Source: Pseudovirgaria hyperparasitica (Eukaryota). Taken from it: DNA of 64,000 bases. The DNA is taken from assembly GCA_010093815.1 (NCBI GenBank), contig ML996587.1. One strand, 5' to 3'. The notes below the pieces were generated by a model. The model was given only the letters and a program-made list of their open reading frames with translations, had not been told where the DNA came from and searched no databases. This document shows positions 40,893 to 52,988 of the stretch, piece by piece. The translations under genes were made by a program, and so were the position numbers. The first letter of the stretch is position 1. Each line of letters starts with the position of its first letter.

Positions 40893-40934
40893 ATATTAAT
40901 ATTTATAGATAGATAATTTATACTCTAGTCTCTA

Positions 40935-41124
40935 AGTAGATCTTAAGTATATATATATATATATATATATATAGTATATCTATACTTTAATAGTATTATA
41001 TATTTTATACTATATATATATACTAGTAGTTAGTATACTTAGTATAATCTATTAATTAAAATAAAAAAATAGTATATTACTCTAAAATAACTAAGTTAGT
41101 CTCTTAGAGAGTATAACGAAGTTT
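40935..41124 (-). repeat. Isolated, heavily mutated LINE 5'-terminal fragment
   Basis: Resembles ~29155-29327 (tagtagttagtatact...aagttagtctcttagagagtataacgaagttt). Confidence 0.65.
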
Positions 41125-41329
41125 TCTTTTATAAATATAGAGATATTAAATAATACATACCTTTAAATATCTAATTTTGAACTTTAAGTATATTTCTATA
41201 TATATTAATATCTAGAGTTATACTTAATATATATAGTTCCAAAGTAGAGTAGCTTATTAGTTCATATATTAACTTATCTTCTCTAAGTTTCATTACATAT
41301 ACCATCTCATACATACCTGTACCGCGAAC

Positions 41330-42091
41330 ATGACGGCGCTCCGGTTCCCGATATGTTGTTCAACACGCCTGTCGATGATACACGCACCAAATACTTCTCG
41401 TTTTCTTCATCAGGCACCTACATTTTTCGTTCCTAAACCGCGCTCACGAGATATCGCGCCGTGTCGCAAGCGGACGCCAATCCTTCGTTGCCGCACATTT
41501 TTTACCGACTTCCTCCGTACCTCCAGCTCTCCGATCTCGCCGTCTCCCACCACCCTCAGCATAACTCGCAACATATCCTTCCCTTCCTCAGCCATATATC
41601 CCATTATTGCAGACATATCCTCGTACAGCGCGTTCCTTCCCTTCTGTACCTCCTCTACCGTAACATCCTGGTCAGCTCCACATCCGCGTACAGGAAAGTT
41701 ATACCCTGAAGAAGCGACCCTGACAATTGGTTGGCAGGGTATAGAAGAGTTGTTCGTAAGCCGCGTGTACTGTGTACCTGACAAGGCTGTTGAGGCATTG
41801 AGTGGGGATGCTGAAACTGAACTTGCCGCTGAGGATCTAGAGCATCATTACAAGGGGAGTGAGAAGAGGTCATGTGCGAGTGGTAGTGTATTTCAGAGAA
41901 TGCGGACGTCATGGAAGGTCGAGGATGCTGGCCAAGGTAGGTGCGAGGTGCAGCTAGAGATGGAGTATGTCTTTACGAATATGCTATATCAGCGGTTGGG
42001 GGGGACTGTGCAAGCTCGGGTTGCCGAGTACATGATTGAGGCGTTCGAAACAAGGGTTAAGGAGATCTTAGGGAAGCCACGCAGGATCTAG
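41330..42091 (+). CDS. COQ10: Coenzyme Q-binding protein COQ10-like (START/polyketide cyclase fold), probably mitochondrial
   Basis: Intronless 253-aa ORF with an Arg/Ser/Thr-rich presequence-like N-terminus; IYPIIADISSYSAFLPFCTSSTV, ATLTIGWQGIEELFVSRVYC and MIEAFETRV match COQ10-family patterns. Confidence 0.85.
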   Translation: MTALRFPICCSTRLSMIHAPNTSRFLHQAPTFFVPKPRSRDIAPCRKRTPILRCRTFFTDFLRTSSSPISPSPTTLSITRNISFPSSAIYPIIADISSYSAFLPFCTSSTVTSWSAPHPRTGKLYPEEATLTIGWQGIEELFVSRVYCVPDKAVEALSGDAETELAAEDLEHHYKGSEKRSCASGSVFQRMRTSWKVEDAGQGRCEVQLEMEYVFTNMLYQRLGGTVQARVAEYMIEAFETRVKEILGKPRRI

Positions 42092-42400
42092 AAAAGCAGA
42101 GAGGTAAGAGTCCCACCAAGCAGGACGAGATATTCGCGAGGGTACGGCATATAGGACATACCTTCATGATTATAGTGGCTAGGCCACACATACTGTACTC
42201 AGCACCAATTTCAGCCTTTATAATCATGGCCTTCATGACGTATTCTAGTAATTTGTGCTACCAGTATTATAAACAAACCAGAGAAGACTCTCGAGTATGT
42301 CAGGCATGATTACGATTTTGGGAGTGCGTTTGCAAGTGCCCCTTACACGTGTGGCTTTCGGCTTCTTCAAGCCGTCCTTCTCGTGACCTCGCTCGTCTAT

Positions 42401-43182
42401 TCAATCCTGTCTTCCCTTTAGTAAGCGTTTGGTGACCTTATCCTTCTCGATGATGTAGACGTGTGCGCCCCAACCAGATAGTGCATCACGGTCGACCGCA
42501 TTGAGCAGAGCTTGTGAAACTGTTTCGAAGAGGTCCTCTGGGCCCTGAAACGCAATATTAGGTCGACACATGTCTAGAAGATAATGGCTAGTGGCACCAT
42601 ACCAAATTGGGTTCCCAAAGTCCCTCGCATGTACCAAACAACTGGTCGCTCGCTGTACCGCTCACGATGAAGTCCTTCGCAAAATCTATGCACCCAATGC
42701 TGTCAAATCCGCAGATGAACGGCTTTCCTGTCGTATGATTGATACCTGCGATCACTGGACTAATGAAATACGGTCCAAATCGCTTCTCATAAAGCGAGCT
42801 GCTAACCAGGTTGGCCATGGTCTGTGGACTAATGTTGCGCTCCTCACGGAGCCTGTACATATTAACTTTGTAGCGGAAAAGATCGGAGACGGTTGAGACG
42901 TCGGTTGCGAGGCCTGTGAGGCCGAGGTAGACATCGCCATAGTTGAAGATTTTCGGGAAGTTGTTCGACACGGTGAGGGCTTGCAGACCGAGGCGTAGGT
43001 CGCAGGCGATAGCTACGCAGTCCTTTCCAACCATAGCCACGCAGGCACCGCCATCTAAGATAATGTATCAGGTATTAGAGATCTGTGAAGATGTAGGTCA
43101 CAACACGCATACTTATTGAGAAAGGTGAGGACTAGAACATGGTTAGCTTTAAGCATAGACTTGGGTCATGAAGGCTTACCAT
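42401..43182 (-). CDS. PUP3: 20S proteasome subunit beta-3; exons 43182-43180, 43131-43113, 43054-42603, 42544-42401
   Basis: Spliced product MSSPFSINGGACVAMVGKDCVAIACDLRLG...LYEKRFGPYF...AVDRDALSGWGAHVYIIEKDKVTKRLLKGRQD; three GT-AG introns. Confidence 0.96.
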
Positions 43183-43378
43183 GCTGCTGTCGTTGAAGCG
43201 GTAATAAAATTGAGAAGCTCCTGGAACGGAAATATAAGGCACATGAAAGAACCAGCCAGTTTATAAGAATGGGCGCGGAGTGAAGCTTTAGTCGTTCGTC
43301 TCTAGGGATCCCATAGTTAACTAATATTATTATTATTAGATAATTATAGAATATATAGTATATAACTACTAGCTCTTA

Positions 43379-43427
<49 letters not shown>

Positions 43428-43674
43428 CGAGAAANNNNNNNNNNNNNNNNNNNNNNNNNNNNNNNNNNNNNNNNNNNNNNNNNNNNNNNNNNNNNNNNNN
43501 NNNNNNNNNNNNNNNNNNNNNNNNNNNNNNNNNNNNNNNNNNNNNNNNNNNNNNNNNNNNNNNNNNNNNNNNNNNNNNNNNNNNNNNNNNNNNNNNNNNN
43601 NNNNNNNNNNNNNNNNNNNNNNNNNNNNNNNNNNNNNNNNNNNNNNNNNNNNNNNNNNNNNNNNNNNNNNNNNN

Positions 43675-43769
<95 letters not shown>
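43379..43769. repeat. (AAT)n microsatellite on both sides of an assembly gap (N 43435-43674)
   Basis: Perfect AAT arrays flank the gap. Confidence 0.95.
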
Positions 43770-43771
<2 letters not shown>

Positions 43772-44335
43772 CTCTAATATTAATTTAACTTAAGAAGTAG
43801 AATATTATTATTCTTCTAGATATAGATAGTATCTAGAGTATATAGAATAAGTAAGATTATATAATATCTCTTTACTAGTCTTATCTATTCTAGCTCTATT
43901 ATATAATAATTAGAATAAGATAAAGCTAAAGTCTATAATAATAAGAGATATTTCTCTTTTTATAGTCTCTATAGCTATTAGCTAATAGAAGTCTCTACTT
44001 TTCTTCTAGAATATTTAAGAATATATACTATAATAGATATAGATAGATTAGTCTAGTCTAGAATAGTATATTTTACTACTCTTTATATACTACTAATAGA
44101 TATTATAAAAGATCTACTATTTCTTAAACTAAGTTATATAGAAAGAAAGTATTAGTTATTTCTTTTCTAATAAAGTAATTATTTATATCTCTTATTCTAT
44201 TTTTATAAGATAGCTTATATATATAGACTCTAATTAGTTCTCTAAGATAATAGAATAGAGTTATATAATACTTATAACTAATTCTTTAATAACTATATCT
44301 ACTAATCTAATACTAAAATAGATCTATAAAGTATA

Positions 44336-44863
44336 TATAATAAACCTTTCTTATAAAGTATAGCTTATCTCTAAAGTAGTCTATTATATAGAGTATTCTA
44401 GCTTTCTAATAGATAAATATATTTAGAATACTTAAATAGAGTTAAATAGAGTTATAATAAGTATTAATAGAGTATAAATTATAACTTACTAATAGATAAG
44501 TAAAGTAGTAATTATATTATAGTAAGTTAAATATTAATTACTATAGAACTATTACTAGAGATTAAAGTTAAGAAATCTATATAGTTCTACTAAGGTATCT
44601 TAATTAGAATACTTATTATAAGTACTCTATATACTACTTAGAATACTATTATTCTATTTCTAATTATTTAGTATACTACTTAGAATATCTATTCTAAGTA
44701 TCTATAATTAGTTCTCTTTATTAATATCTAATATTATTCTAGATTATTATCTAAGACTATCTATAGTATTATAGATATCTTATATATATATTATACTATC
44801 TCTTATACTACTTATACTAATAACTATATATTCTTTTTTAGTCTTTATTTATAATCTATTATA
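44336..44863 (-). mobile_element. Solo LTR (528 bp) related to the LTRs of Gypsy 12335-30251
   Basis: Collinear with 29723-30251; 5-bp TSD GTATA at 44331-44335 and 44864-44868. Confidence 0.88.
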
Positions 44864-46317
44864 GTATAAGAAAAGCTAAATATTAAAGTATTAGTAATTA
44901 AGATTTTATAATATATAAAATAAATAAGAAAATATTCTTCTTAAGTATAAAGATAGCTATAGAACTATAGCTAGATATATATATAGAGCTATAGATATAG
45001 TCTTCTATAATAGTAGATTTTAGCTCTATATAGCTACTTTTAATCTATTTTAGTTCTTTTAAATCTTTTAAATATATATTTATTAGTTTCTTATTAGTTT
45101 AATTCTTAGCTTAATAATATTATATATATAGGCTACGAAGCCTTACGAACCGCGTCCACGTCGTCGTAGCTAGGCAATGCCTCTATAGAGGTAGTAAGAG
45201 GTTTAGAGCGGCGTTAATGGCGACCTAGTCGTCGCTAGATAGATAGTTAAAGAGTTTTCGCGGAGCGTCTACCTTACTAAACCACGCTAATATAACCTAG
45301 CTAGGGAAGTATATACTTCTATCCTATCCCTAATTAACGTGTTAAGAGAAGTTCACGAGAATAAAGGGATAAGAAAACCATCTAACGCGCTACTACTATA
45401 TCGAAAGTAGGCCTAAATCTATCTTACTAACTAGGTAGAGGAAGCGGAGGTCCTAGTAGCGTAATAGGATACCTTAAGGCTTAAACGGCTCTAGAAACGT
45501 AAGGAACACGTCGAGGGTAACTAAGAAACTACTAGTAGAAGAACTTATTAAAGCTAACTCTTCTATAGTATTAAACTACGTTTATTAAGCCGCCTAGTAT
45601 AACTACTAGTAGCACGACTCTATTAAGACCTTTCGCTTAATATAAGATACTACTTTACTACTAATAGGTAGAGTAGCTCCTACGTATAAGAGATATTATA
45701 GTCTACTATAGGAGGTAGAATACTAGAGTATATAGATAATAGTATATAGATATAGGTAGGAGGTAGCTATAGAGACCCTTTAAGAGTAGTAGAAATAAGT
45801 CGGGTCAGTAGGAAGAGAATACCTAAGTCGCCTAGGCGTATATACGTAAGGGATTTAGAGGATACTCTCCTATAAGACATGGTCGGCCTATTATAGAGAG
45901 ATCCTTATAGATAACGCGAAACTAAAAAGTAGTAATACTTAAAGGCGGGGCGTGGTATATAGTAGTAACTACTAGCTCTAAGGACCTTACCCCTTTAATA
46001 GGCTCTAACCCTTAGTATATCTAGAAGTAGATAGAATTATATCCTAGCTAGAGAGACTACTATATAGCCCGAGAGAATGGATGCGCGTATTAATTTATAA
46101 AGAGATAGAATATATTACCTATAAGGCACGTACGCTAGTATTATAAGTTTAAGGAGTAAACCTTATAGTTACCTAGCTAGGAGAGGCTTCGGTTACCTCT
46201 CCTAGTAGAGCTAGAGGTATAAGCCTAGAGGGGATAAGATAAGGCGAAAATAGAAGTAGAGTCTAATGGTATAGGGCACGTCGAACCTATAGAAGTTATC
46301 TAACTCTGAACTAGAGG

Positions 46318-46883
46318 CCTATACTACATCTATAAGAGAGGCGTTCCCGACACCTCCCTATGGTATAAGGCGTACGGCCGGAGAGGTATAATATACCACT
46401 ATCTAGCTATATACCCTAACCTCTATATATAATAGTAATAGCTTATCTATATTATAAAGACTTTAGATATTATACGATAGCTTAATAAGTACCCTAAGGA
46501 CGTCTCCCGATAGATACTTATATATCTACTACTTCTCTAGTACTAGTAGACCTAGAAATATATATCGGAAGAGACCCGGTATACGCCGGTAGTAACCTAA
46601 TATATACTAGAAGAACCCCGGGAGAACCCTAATTATTAGTTAAGGGTAGCCCTTAACTAATAACCTCCGTACCTATACGTGCTACCTAAGGGTAAAATAA
46701 TAGTAATATAGACTATAGGCTAATAGGCGTACCCTATAGCTATATACTTAAGACGAAATAGAGGTTTAACGAGATATAGTTATAGATATAAGAAAGTTTT
46801 TCCCTATAGGGTTTCTTCTTATATAGTAGCTTAGACTAGAGAAGGTATAGGTCTATAGAGTACTACTCTACCTAGTTATATAA

Positions 46884-46910
<27 letters not shown>
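46318..46910 (+). mobile_element. 5'-truncated LINE subfamily A (end of ORF2, 3' UTR, (TAT)n tail)
   Basis: Near-identical to ~18566-19148; palindrome at 46633-46663. Confidence 0.9.
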
Positions 46911-46917
<7 letters not shown>

Positions 46918-47550
46918 TATATCTTTCTAATTTATAACTTCTTAGTTCTAGACTTATCTTTTCTAAGTACTAGTAGTTAAGATATAATATACTATATAGA
47001 AGTTAGTTTATTCTCTTAATATTTATTAGAGTATATAATTAATAATATAATAGTTATTAGTTTATATACTTTAATTTTCTTTCTTTATTATTAGTTTAAA
47101 TCTATAAGATATTATCTCTTAATTAATCTTTAAATATATAGTTAGATATTTATCTTAGTATAAAATAGTATATACTAGTCTATATTAGATTTTTATATCT
47201 TATTCTATTATACTATATAATATTATAGAACTATAGTAATTATTTATACTTATTATATATAGTAAGAATATAATTCTTTAGTTTTAGAGATAGCTTATAG
47301 AGTTTTCTAAGTATATATATATATATATATCTCTTAGTTTAGTTAGTACTTTATTCTCTATAATATTCTTATTCTCTTTATAATAAATATATTATTATAT
47401 CATACTCTATCTAAGCATCTATACTATATCTATTAGATACCTAAAAAGTATCAAGAGATATTATAGAGCTACTTTACTTTTCCGGCTATATAATAAGTAC
47501 CTCCGTCTACTCTTCTTATATTATTTGAAACTCATGAATAGCCTTTTGTC

Positions 47551-48442
47551 ATGGCGTTACAATCAGTAATACTTCAGCCGACTTGGCTTCCTCGGAACAT
47601 CAGCAGATGCAAATATTCAACATTAACGAAAACTCGACTCACGAGCACGCCGGTACCAGTAATAATACACACCAGAAAGCTCCAAGCTTGCGAGCAAGGA
47701 TCTTTGAGCTACCCACCAGAATATCGCAACCACTGTATAGCCTCTTGTCAACGCCGTGGTTTCTCGGCTTCTCTGAGTCGAGCCCGGGATCATCATTTTG
47801 ACACATTGAAGTTCGTCCAAAGACTCAAAGATGAAGGATTCTCGGAGGAGCAGGCTGTTGCCATGATGAAAGTGCTCAATGACGTTATCGAGGAAAGGTA
47901 CGGGGCAACACAAGTCTCCGTTATTTTGACTTATGTTAATGATACACACAGCATTCAAAACTTGACTAGAACCATGGTCTTGCGTGAAGATCAAGAACGA
48001 GCAACGTACACCCAGAAGGTCGACTTTGCGAAACTTCGTTCTGAACTCATGACTGCGGACTCTACCGAATCGTCACTCACTCGCGTCTCGCACGAACGTT
48101 TGACGAATGAGCTCACAAAGTTGAATTCGCGCCTTCGTGACGAGATCCAGAGGACTCAAGCGTCTGTCAGACTCGATCTTAACCTTGAAAAAGGCAGAAT
48201 CCGAGAAGAGGCCAATGTTCAAGAGTTGAAGCTCAAAGAAACAGAGACCAGGATCGAGCAAGAGACAGCTCAATTACGTGAGAAGCTTGAGGCTGTAAAG
48301 TTTTCCACCTTGCAGTGGCTCATGTACGCTCCCTGGCTGCGGCCCCTACATGACCGGACACCTTCGCTGATGTTTCTCCAACAGGGGAGTTTGCACCGGC
48401 ACAGCAGCTTTGATTCTTGGTGCTTGGCGTCTCTTGATGTAG
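47551..48442 (+). CDS. Mitochondrial DUF1640 coiled-coil protein (CCDC90/MCUR1/Fmp32 family); exons 47551-47897, 47952-48323, 48385-48442
   Basis: HHFDTLKFVQRLKDEGFSEEQA, YTQKVDFAKLRSEL, VRLDLNLEKGRIREE. Splicing restores the C-terminal TM segment LQWLMGVCTGTAALILGAWRLLM*. Start codon less certain. Confidence 0.9.
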
Positions 48443-49521
48443 TAATTAAGTGAGTTACTGAATCAGTCAAGCTACATTTATTCATCCGGAACAACCATTA
48501 CATGGTCTTTGGATATCACTATTTGACGGCTTTCTGTACATGTCAAGCTGGAAGTGAAACGAACCCGGAGTGCACCAACAACATCCGATGAACGTTCACG
48601 AATGCAAAAGGAATACTCATAGAGGATCTACACAGGCTACAACTAACAATGAAACGTTCGCAACATGTATTGCGACGCTGAACTTCAGATGGGCTGCACT
48701 ATGTAGGAAACGCTGCAAATGGGCTGCTCTCCATAATTCTCAACATAACAGAGTTTGATTGTGAAGTTTCTCTTCCAAACGTGTTTGTTAGACGCATACA
48801 CCATACATAGGAGCGGACCGCATTAGGTGTGCTTTAGGTACAGAGTGTCTTCTATTAACGGAGTGGCTCTATTGGCGCCTAACGAAGTATGCCAACCCCT
48901 CAACTTCTGTCACGTAGCTTAGCTTCACAGACTGCTGTCTGAGCGCAAGCAGTAAAGAAGGACTAGAGATAGATAGCTGTGATGGGTAAGAGGGAATGAA
49001 CAAAATGATATCGTGGTAGTGATCGCGCGACTTATGCACTCAGTGTAAGACTGTATGCATCCCTAACAAGTTCTATCAAAGCTGAGATTCTTGCCCCTGC
49101 TGTTGCATTGCGTACCCACGCTACAGAGCCGAAAACGTAGTGTCTGAATAACCGTAGAGAACGCAACGTGATCAGGCTAGTTGTTAAACAACGTGGTTCG
49201 CCGCTTCGAGGAGCAGGCGTAGGGGGAGGCGAGAACGTATAGGCAAGTGCGATTTAATATTATTTATTAAAACGAAGCTAGGTCAGTAACGTGTGAGCGG
49301 GTGCAGCCCAGACAGGTGAACAGGCAGCGGCTGGCTGTGTCTTCTGCGGCCTTGCGCCAACCTCGACCTACATTACATTACTACCTACTTGATCCCGTCT
49401 CTCCCAGACAAACACCCACTTCTTGCAACCTCCAACCCACCTACACCACCTGCCTTTGATTCTCCTACACTTGATCAACGACTGTCAACCTCATCCGCCA
49501 CACACAGGACTTTCAACGATC

Positions 49522-50864
49522 ATGACTACCGAAGTAAGTTTTATGGTCTACACAAGCGGGCTCGGTCCCGATCCATTTGATTCCCCTCAATGCTCGACCC
49601 CTCTACAATTCTTTCAAGTCAACCTTGACAGGAAACGATAGCTAACGTAGACACCACGCAGCGCGAAAGGTATCCTATACTTGGTCATATCTCATACGAA
49701 GAGAACCTGGAGACTGAACAAATGACAGCAAGACTTTCCTCGCGCGGCTGTGCGAGCAGGCTGAGCGCTACGATGGTGAGCCAAGCCTCAATGAGCACAA
49801 CATTGGTCATACACTAACGCAAATTTGCTTCAAGAGATGGTTAGCTATATGAAAGTCAGTATTCTTGAACTTGGTCATCTTTTCACGTCAACTAAGTCGT
49901 CTTGCAGGAAGTTGCGAAGCTCGCAAAGGTACATCCAACAGTTGCCTAGTACATCATCTGCGTGCAAGGTAAGCGCAACCATGAAACCAAATCTAACAAA
50001 CTTTCACAACAGACCGACAAAGAACTGAACGTTGATGAACGCAACCTCCTTTCTGTTGCCTACAAGAATGTCGTTGGAACCCGCCGCGCCTCATGGCGTA
50101 TAATCTCCTCAATCGAGCAGAAAGAGGAGTCTAAGGGATCTGACAAGCACGTCGGAACCATTCGTGAATATCGCCAAAAGATTGAGCTTGAGCTCGAGAA
50201 TGTCTGTCAGGATGTCCTCGATGTCCTTGACGAGTCGCTCATTCCTAGAGCTGAATCCGGAGAATCGAAGGTGTTCTACCACAAAATGTATGTCCTGATA
50301 CCTGTACCCCGCCCTTGAAGACGGAGCTGTGTCAGTACAGTGGTCTTACCGAAAATAAAGGAAGGGTGATTATCACCGATACCTCGCTGAGTTCGCTTCC
50401 GGCGAGAAGCGCAAGGTCGCTGCCACCGCTGCCCACGAGGCTTATAAGGTATGTTTAATCTTTCAACTTACAGTGAATCATAATTCTGACTCTGAGTTTA
50501 GAACGCCACCGACGTTGCTCAAACTGAGCTTACTCCTACCCATCCTATTAGACTCGGCCTTGCGCTCAACTTCTCTGTCTTCTACTACGAAATCCTCAAC
50601 TCTCCGGATCGCGCGTGCCATCTGGCCAAGTCTGCTTTCGATGATGCGATCGCGGAGCTCGACTCTCTATCGGAAGAGTCCTACCGTGATAGCACACTGA
50701 TCATGCAACTCCTCCGTGACAACTTAACCCTTTGGACATCGTCAGATGGTGCCGAAGGCGAGGGTGCTGTTGATGCTGCGAAGACAACCGAGGGGAAAAG
50801 TGAGGAGACCAAGGAAGCCCCCGAGAGCGCGGAAGGTGCTCCAGCTCCAGCTGCTGCTTCGTAG
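49522..50864 (+). CDS. 14-3-3 protein; exons 49522-49533, 49662-49669, 49729-49775, 49835-49854, 49908-49928, 50013-50287, 50361-50448, 50502-50864
   Basis: Spliced product [33 protein letters not shown]...[28 protein letters not shown]...[11 protein letters not shown]...[20 protein letters not shown]...[21 protein letters not shown]. Confidence 0.96.
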
Positions 50865-51754
50865 ATTCATCCAATGAGACGGCGCAGCTCAGTATTTGCA
50901 CCAGCATGTCATTCGGAGACCTCGCCGGGGCTGCATCCGGAGTGGACGATCGATGCTTTGTATGTCCCTTCGCTCACTAGCAGGTTGGATGGAGTTGTCT
51001 CTTCATTGAAAACCGATACACTATATGAGCGATATCGAAAATTACTCAATCCCTGCCCAATGAGATCATGCCTTCTCCGTTACTTCCCGGATCAAATTTT
51101 CCTTATAAATTCTACTTTGAGAATGGCTCTGCCATAGGATGAGTTCGACTGTCAGGGTCACGTGTCTCGCCTGTACTTTGTTTTTCTTTAATTAATAGCG
51201 ACAACGGCGTGTTTATAGGATAATATTCCACAGCTTGCAGCGGTCACTGACAGGAGGAAAGGCCGTCATTGGCATCCACAAATATCCTGATTACCTGTGC
51301 TTGCCTTAAGTTGATATCCCTACTAATAAGCTAACCCCCTAATGAACCATGTGATTTAAGTACGTGTCTATATATATACTTAATCTTTAATCTTAAAATA
51401 CTTAATAACTATACCTTCTATATCTTCCTATAATACTATATTTAGAAGATAATCTCTTAATAGTTATTTACTATTACTATTATTATATCTATATATAAAT
51501 CTAGACTATTACTATTATCTATAGTAATCTATACTCTACTCTTTAAAAATATACTAAGAGATAATAAGACTTATACTAAGTAGCTAATTATTATCTTTAA
51601 ATACTATCTTTTTAATAAGAGAAAAATCTATAAAATTAGATAATCTACTTAGATTAGATATAGATAGCTCTTATTAAGATTATTAATAGTTTAAATCTAA
51701 GATAGTTATAAAGTATATATTTTCTAAATATAACTATAGTTAGTTACTAAAAAA

Positions 51755-51850
51755 AAACTTCTTTATACTCTAAGAGACTAAACTAGTTAATTTAGGGTAA
51801 TATAGTAATCTATATATATTAATTAATAGAGTATACTAAGTATAATAACC

Positions 51851-51881
<31 letters not shown>

Positions 51882-51910
51882 GTATATAGAATATAATAAT
51901 ACTAATATAT
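51755..51910 (+). repeat. Isolated LINE (subfamily C) 5'-terminal fragment
   Basis: aaacttctttatactctaagagactaaaactagttaatttagggtaat... is the reverse complement of ~30835-30982. Confidence 0.75.
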
Positions 51911-52988
51911 AATAATAATAATAATATTATATAACTAGGTAGAGTAGTTTACTCTATAGATATATATCTTCTTTAGTCTAAGCTATTATATAAGAAGAAA
52001 CCTCTATAAAAGAAAAAACTTCCTTCTCTCTATAACTATAATAATAATATTATTATTATTATATAACTAGATAGAGTAGTCTACTCTATAGATATATACC
52101 TTCTCTAGTCTAAGCTATTATATAAGAAGAAACCTCTATAAAAGAAAAACTCCCTTCTCTCTATAACTATATCTTATTAAGTCTTTATATTATCTTAAGT
52201 ATATAGCTATTAGAAATACCTATAGACCTATAATCTATAGTACTATTATTTTATCCTTAGATAATATATATAGAGTATAGAGGTTATTAGTTAAGGGTTA
52301 CCCTTAACTAATAATTAGAGTTCTTCTAGGGTTCTTCTAGTATATACTAGGGTCTATCTAGTATATATTTAGTTTCTTCTAATATATATATCTAGATCTA
52401 TTAGTACTAAGGGAGTAGAAAATATATAAGTATCTATCTAGTAATCTTCTTAGAGTACTTATTAAGCTAATATATAATATTAGAGATTCTTATTATATAG
52501 ATAAGTAATTATCTTTATATATAGAGGTCTAGGTATATTATAAGATAATATTATATTATATCTCTTTAGCTATATATTTTATACTATAGAGATATATCTA
52601 GAATATCTCTCTAATATAGATAGTATAGAAGTTCTATAGCTTCTATTTAGACTTAGAGAAGAATAGATATCTAGGCTTTTATAAGCCCTTTATATATCTA
52701 TTTACTTAGTTCCTTCTATAGTTCTTAAATCTATTCTAGATATCTATTCTATTAGAATATCTAATAGATTTAAAGAGCTTCTCTCTATCTATTCTAGATC
52801 TATAACTATATAGTCTATATAAGCTTCTAAGGATTCTACTAGTCTAGAGAGATATCTAGATTATCTTTAATCTCTTATATAATCTAACTTAAGTCTATCT
52901 CTATTAGATACTTATACTATATATAAGTCTAGTCTATATATAGAAGTACTTAATAGTAGATACTAACTTATATATATAGCGTGGTAAA
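51911..52988 (-). mobile_element. LINE subfamily C 3' ends: short copy 51911-52040 in tandem with a longer copy ~52041-52988 cut by an LTR
   Basis: Matches ~7755-8700; palindrome at 52284-52314. Confidence 0.85.

Noticed and set aside
41410..42940. Overlapping ORFs at 41410, 41461, 41655, 42591 and 42752
   Set aside because: Shadow frames of COQ10 and PUP3 with no independent motifs.
43379..43769. Telomere or special satellite
   Set aside because: Not TTAGGG; a plain (AAT)n array, possibly an expanded LINE-type tail, broken by a gap.
47551..48453. Single-exon 300-aa protein
   Set aside because: It reads through two GT-AG introns; the spliced model restores the family C-terminus and ends at 48442.
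48570..49641. Small ORFs at 48570, 49389 and 49423 (also 50701 and 50874)
   Set aside because: They fall in UTR, promoter, intron or antisense sequence of the DUF1640 and 14-3-3 genes with no recognisable domains.
318..52314. Recurring 31-nt palindrome as a CRISPR repeat or MITE
   Set aside because: Copies are kilobases apart at fixed positions inside LINEs, with no spacers, cas genes or own TSDs; the context is eukaryotic.
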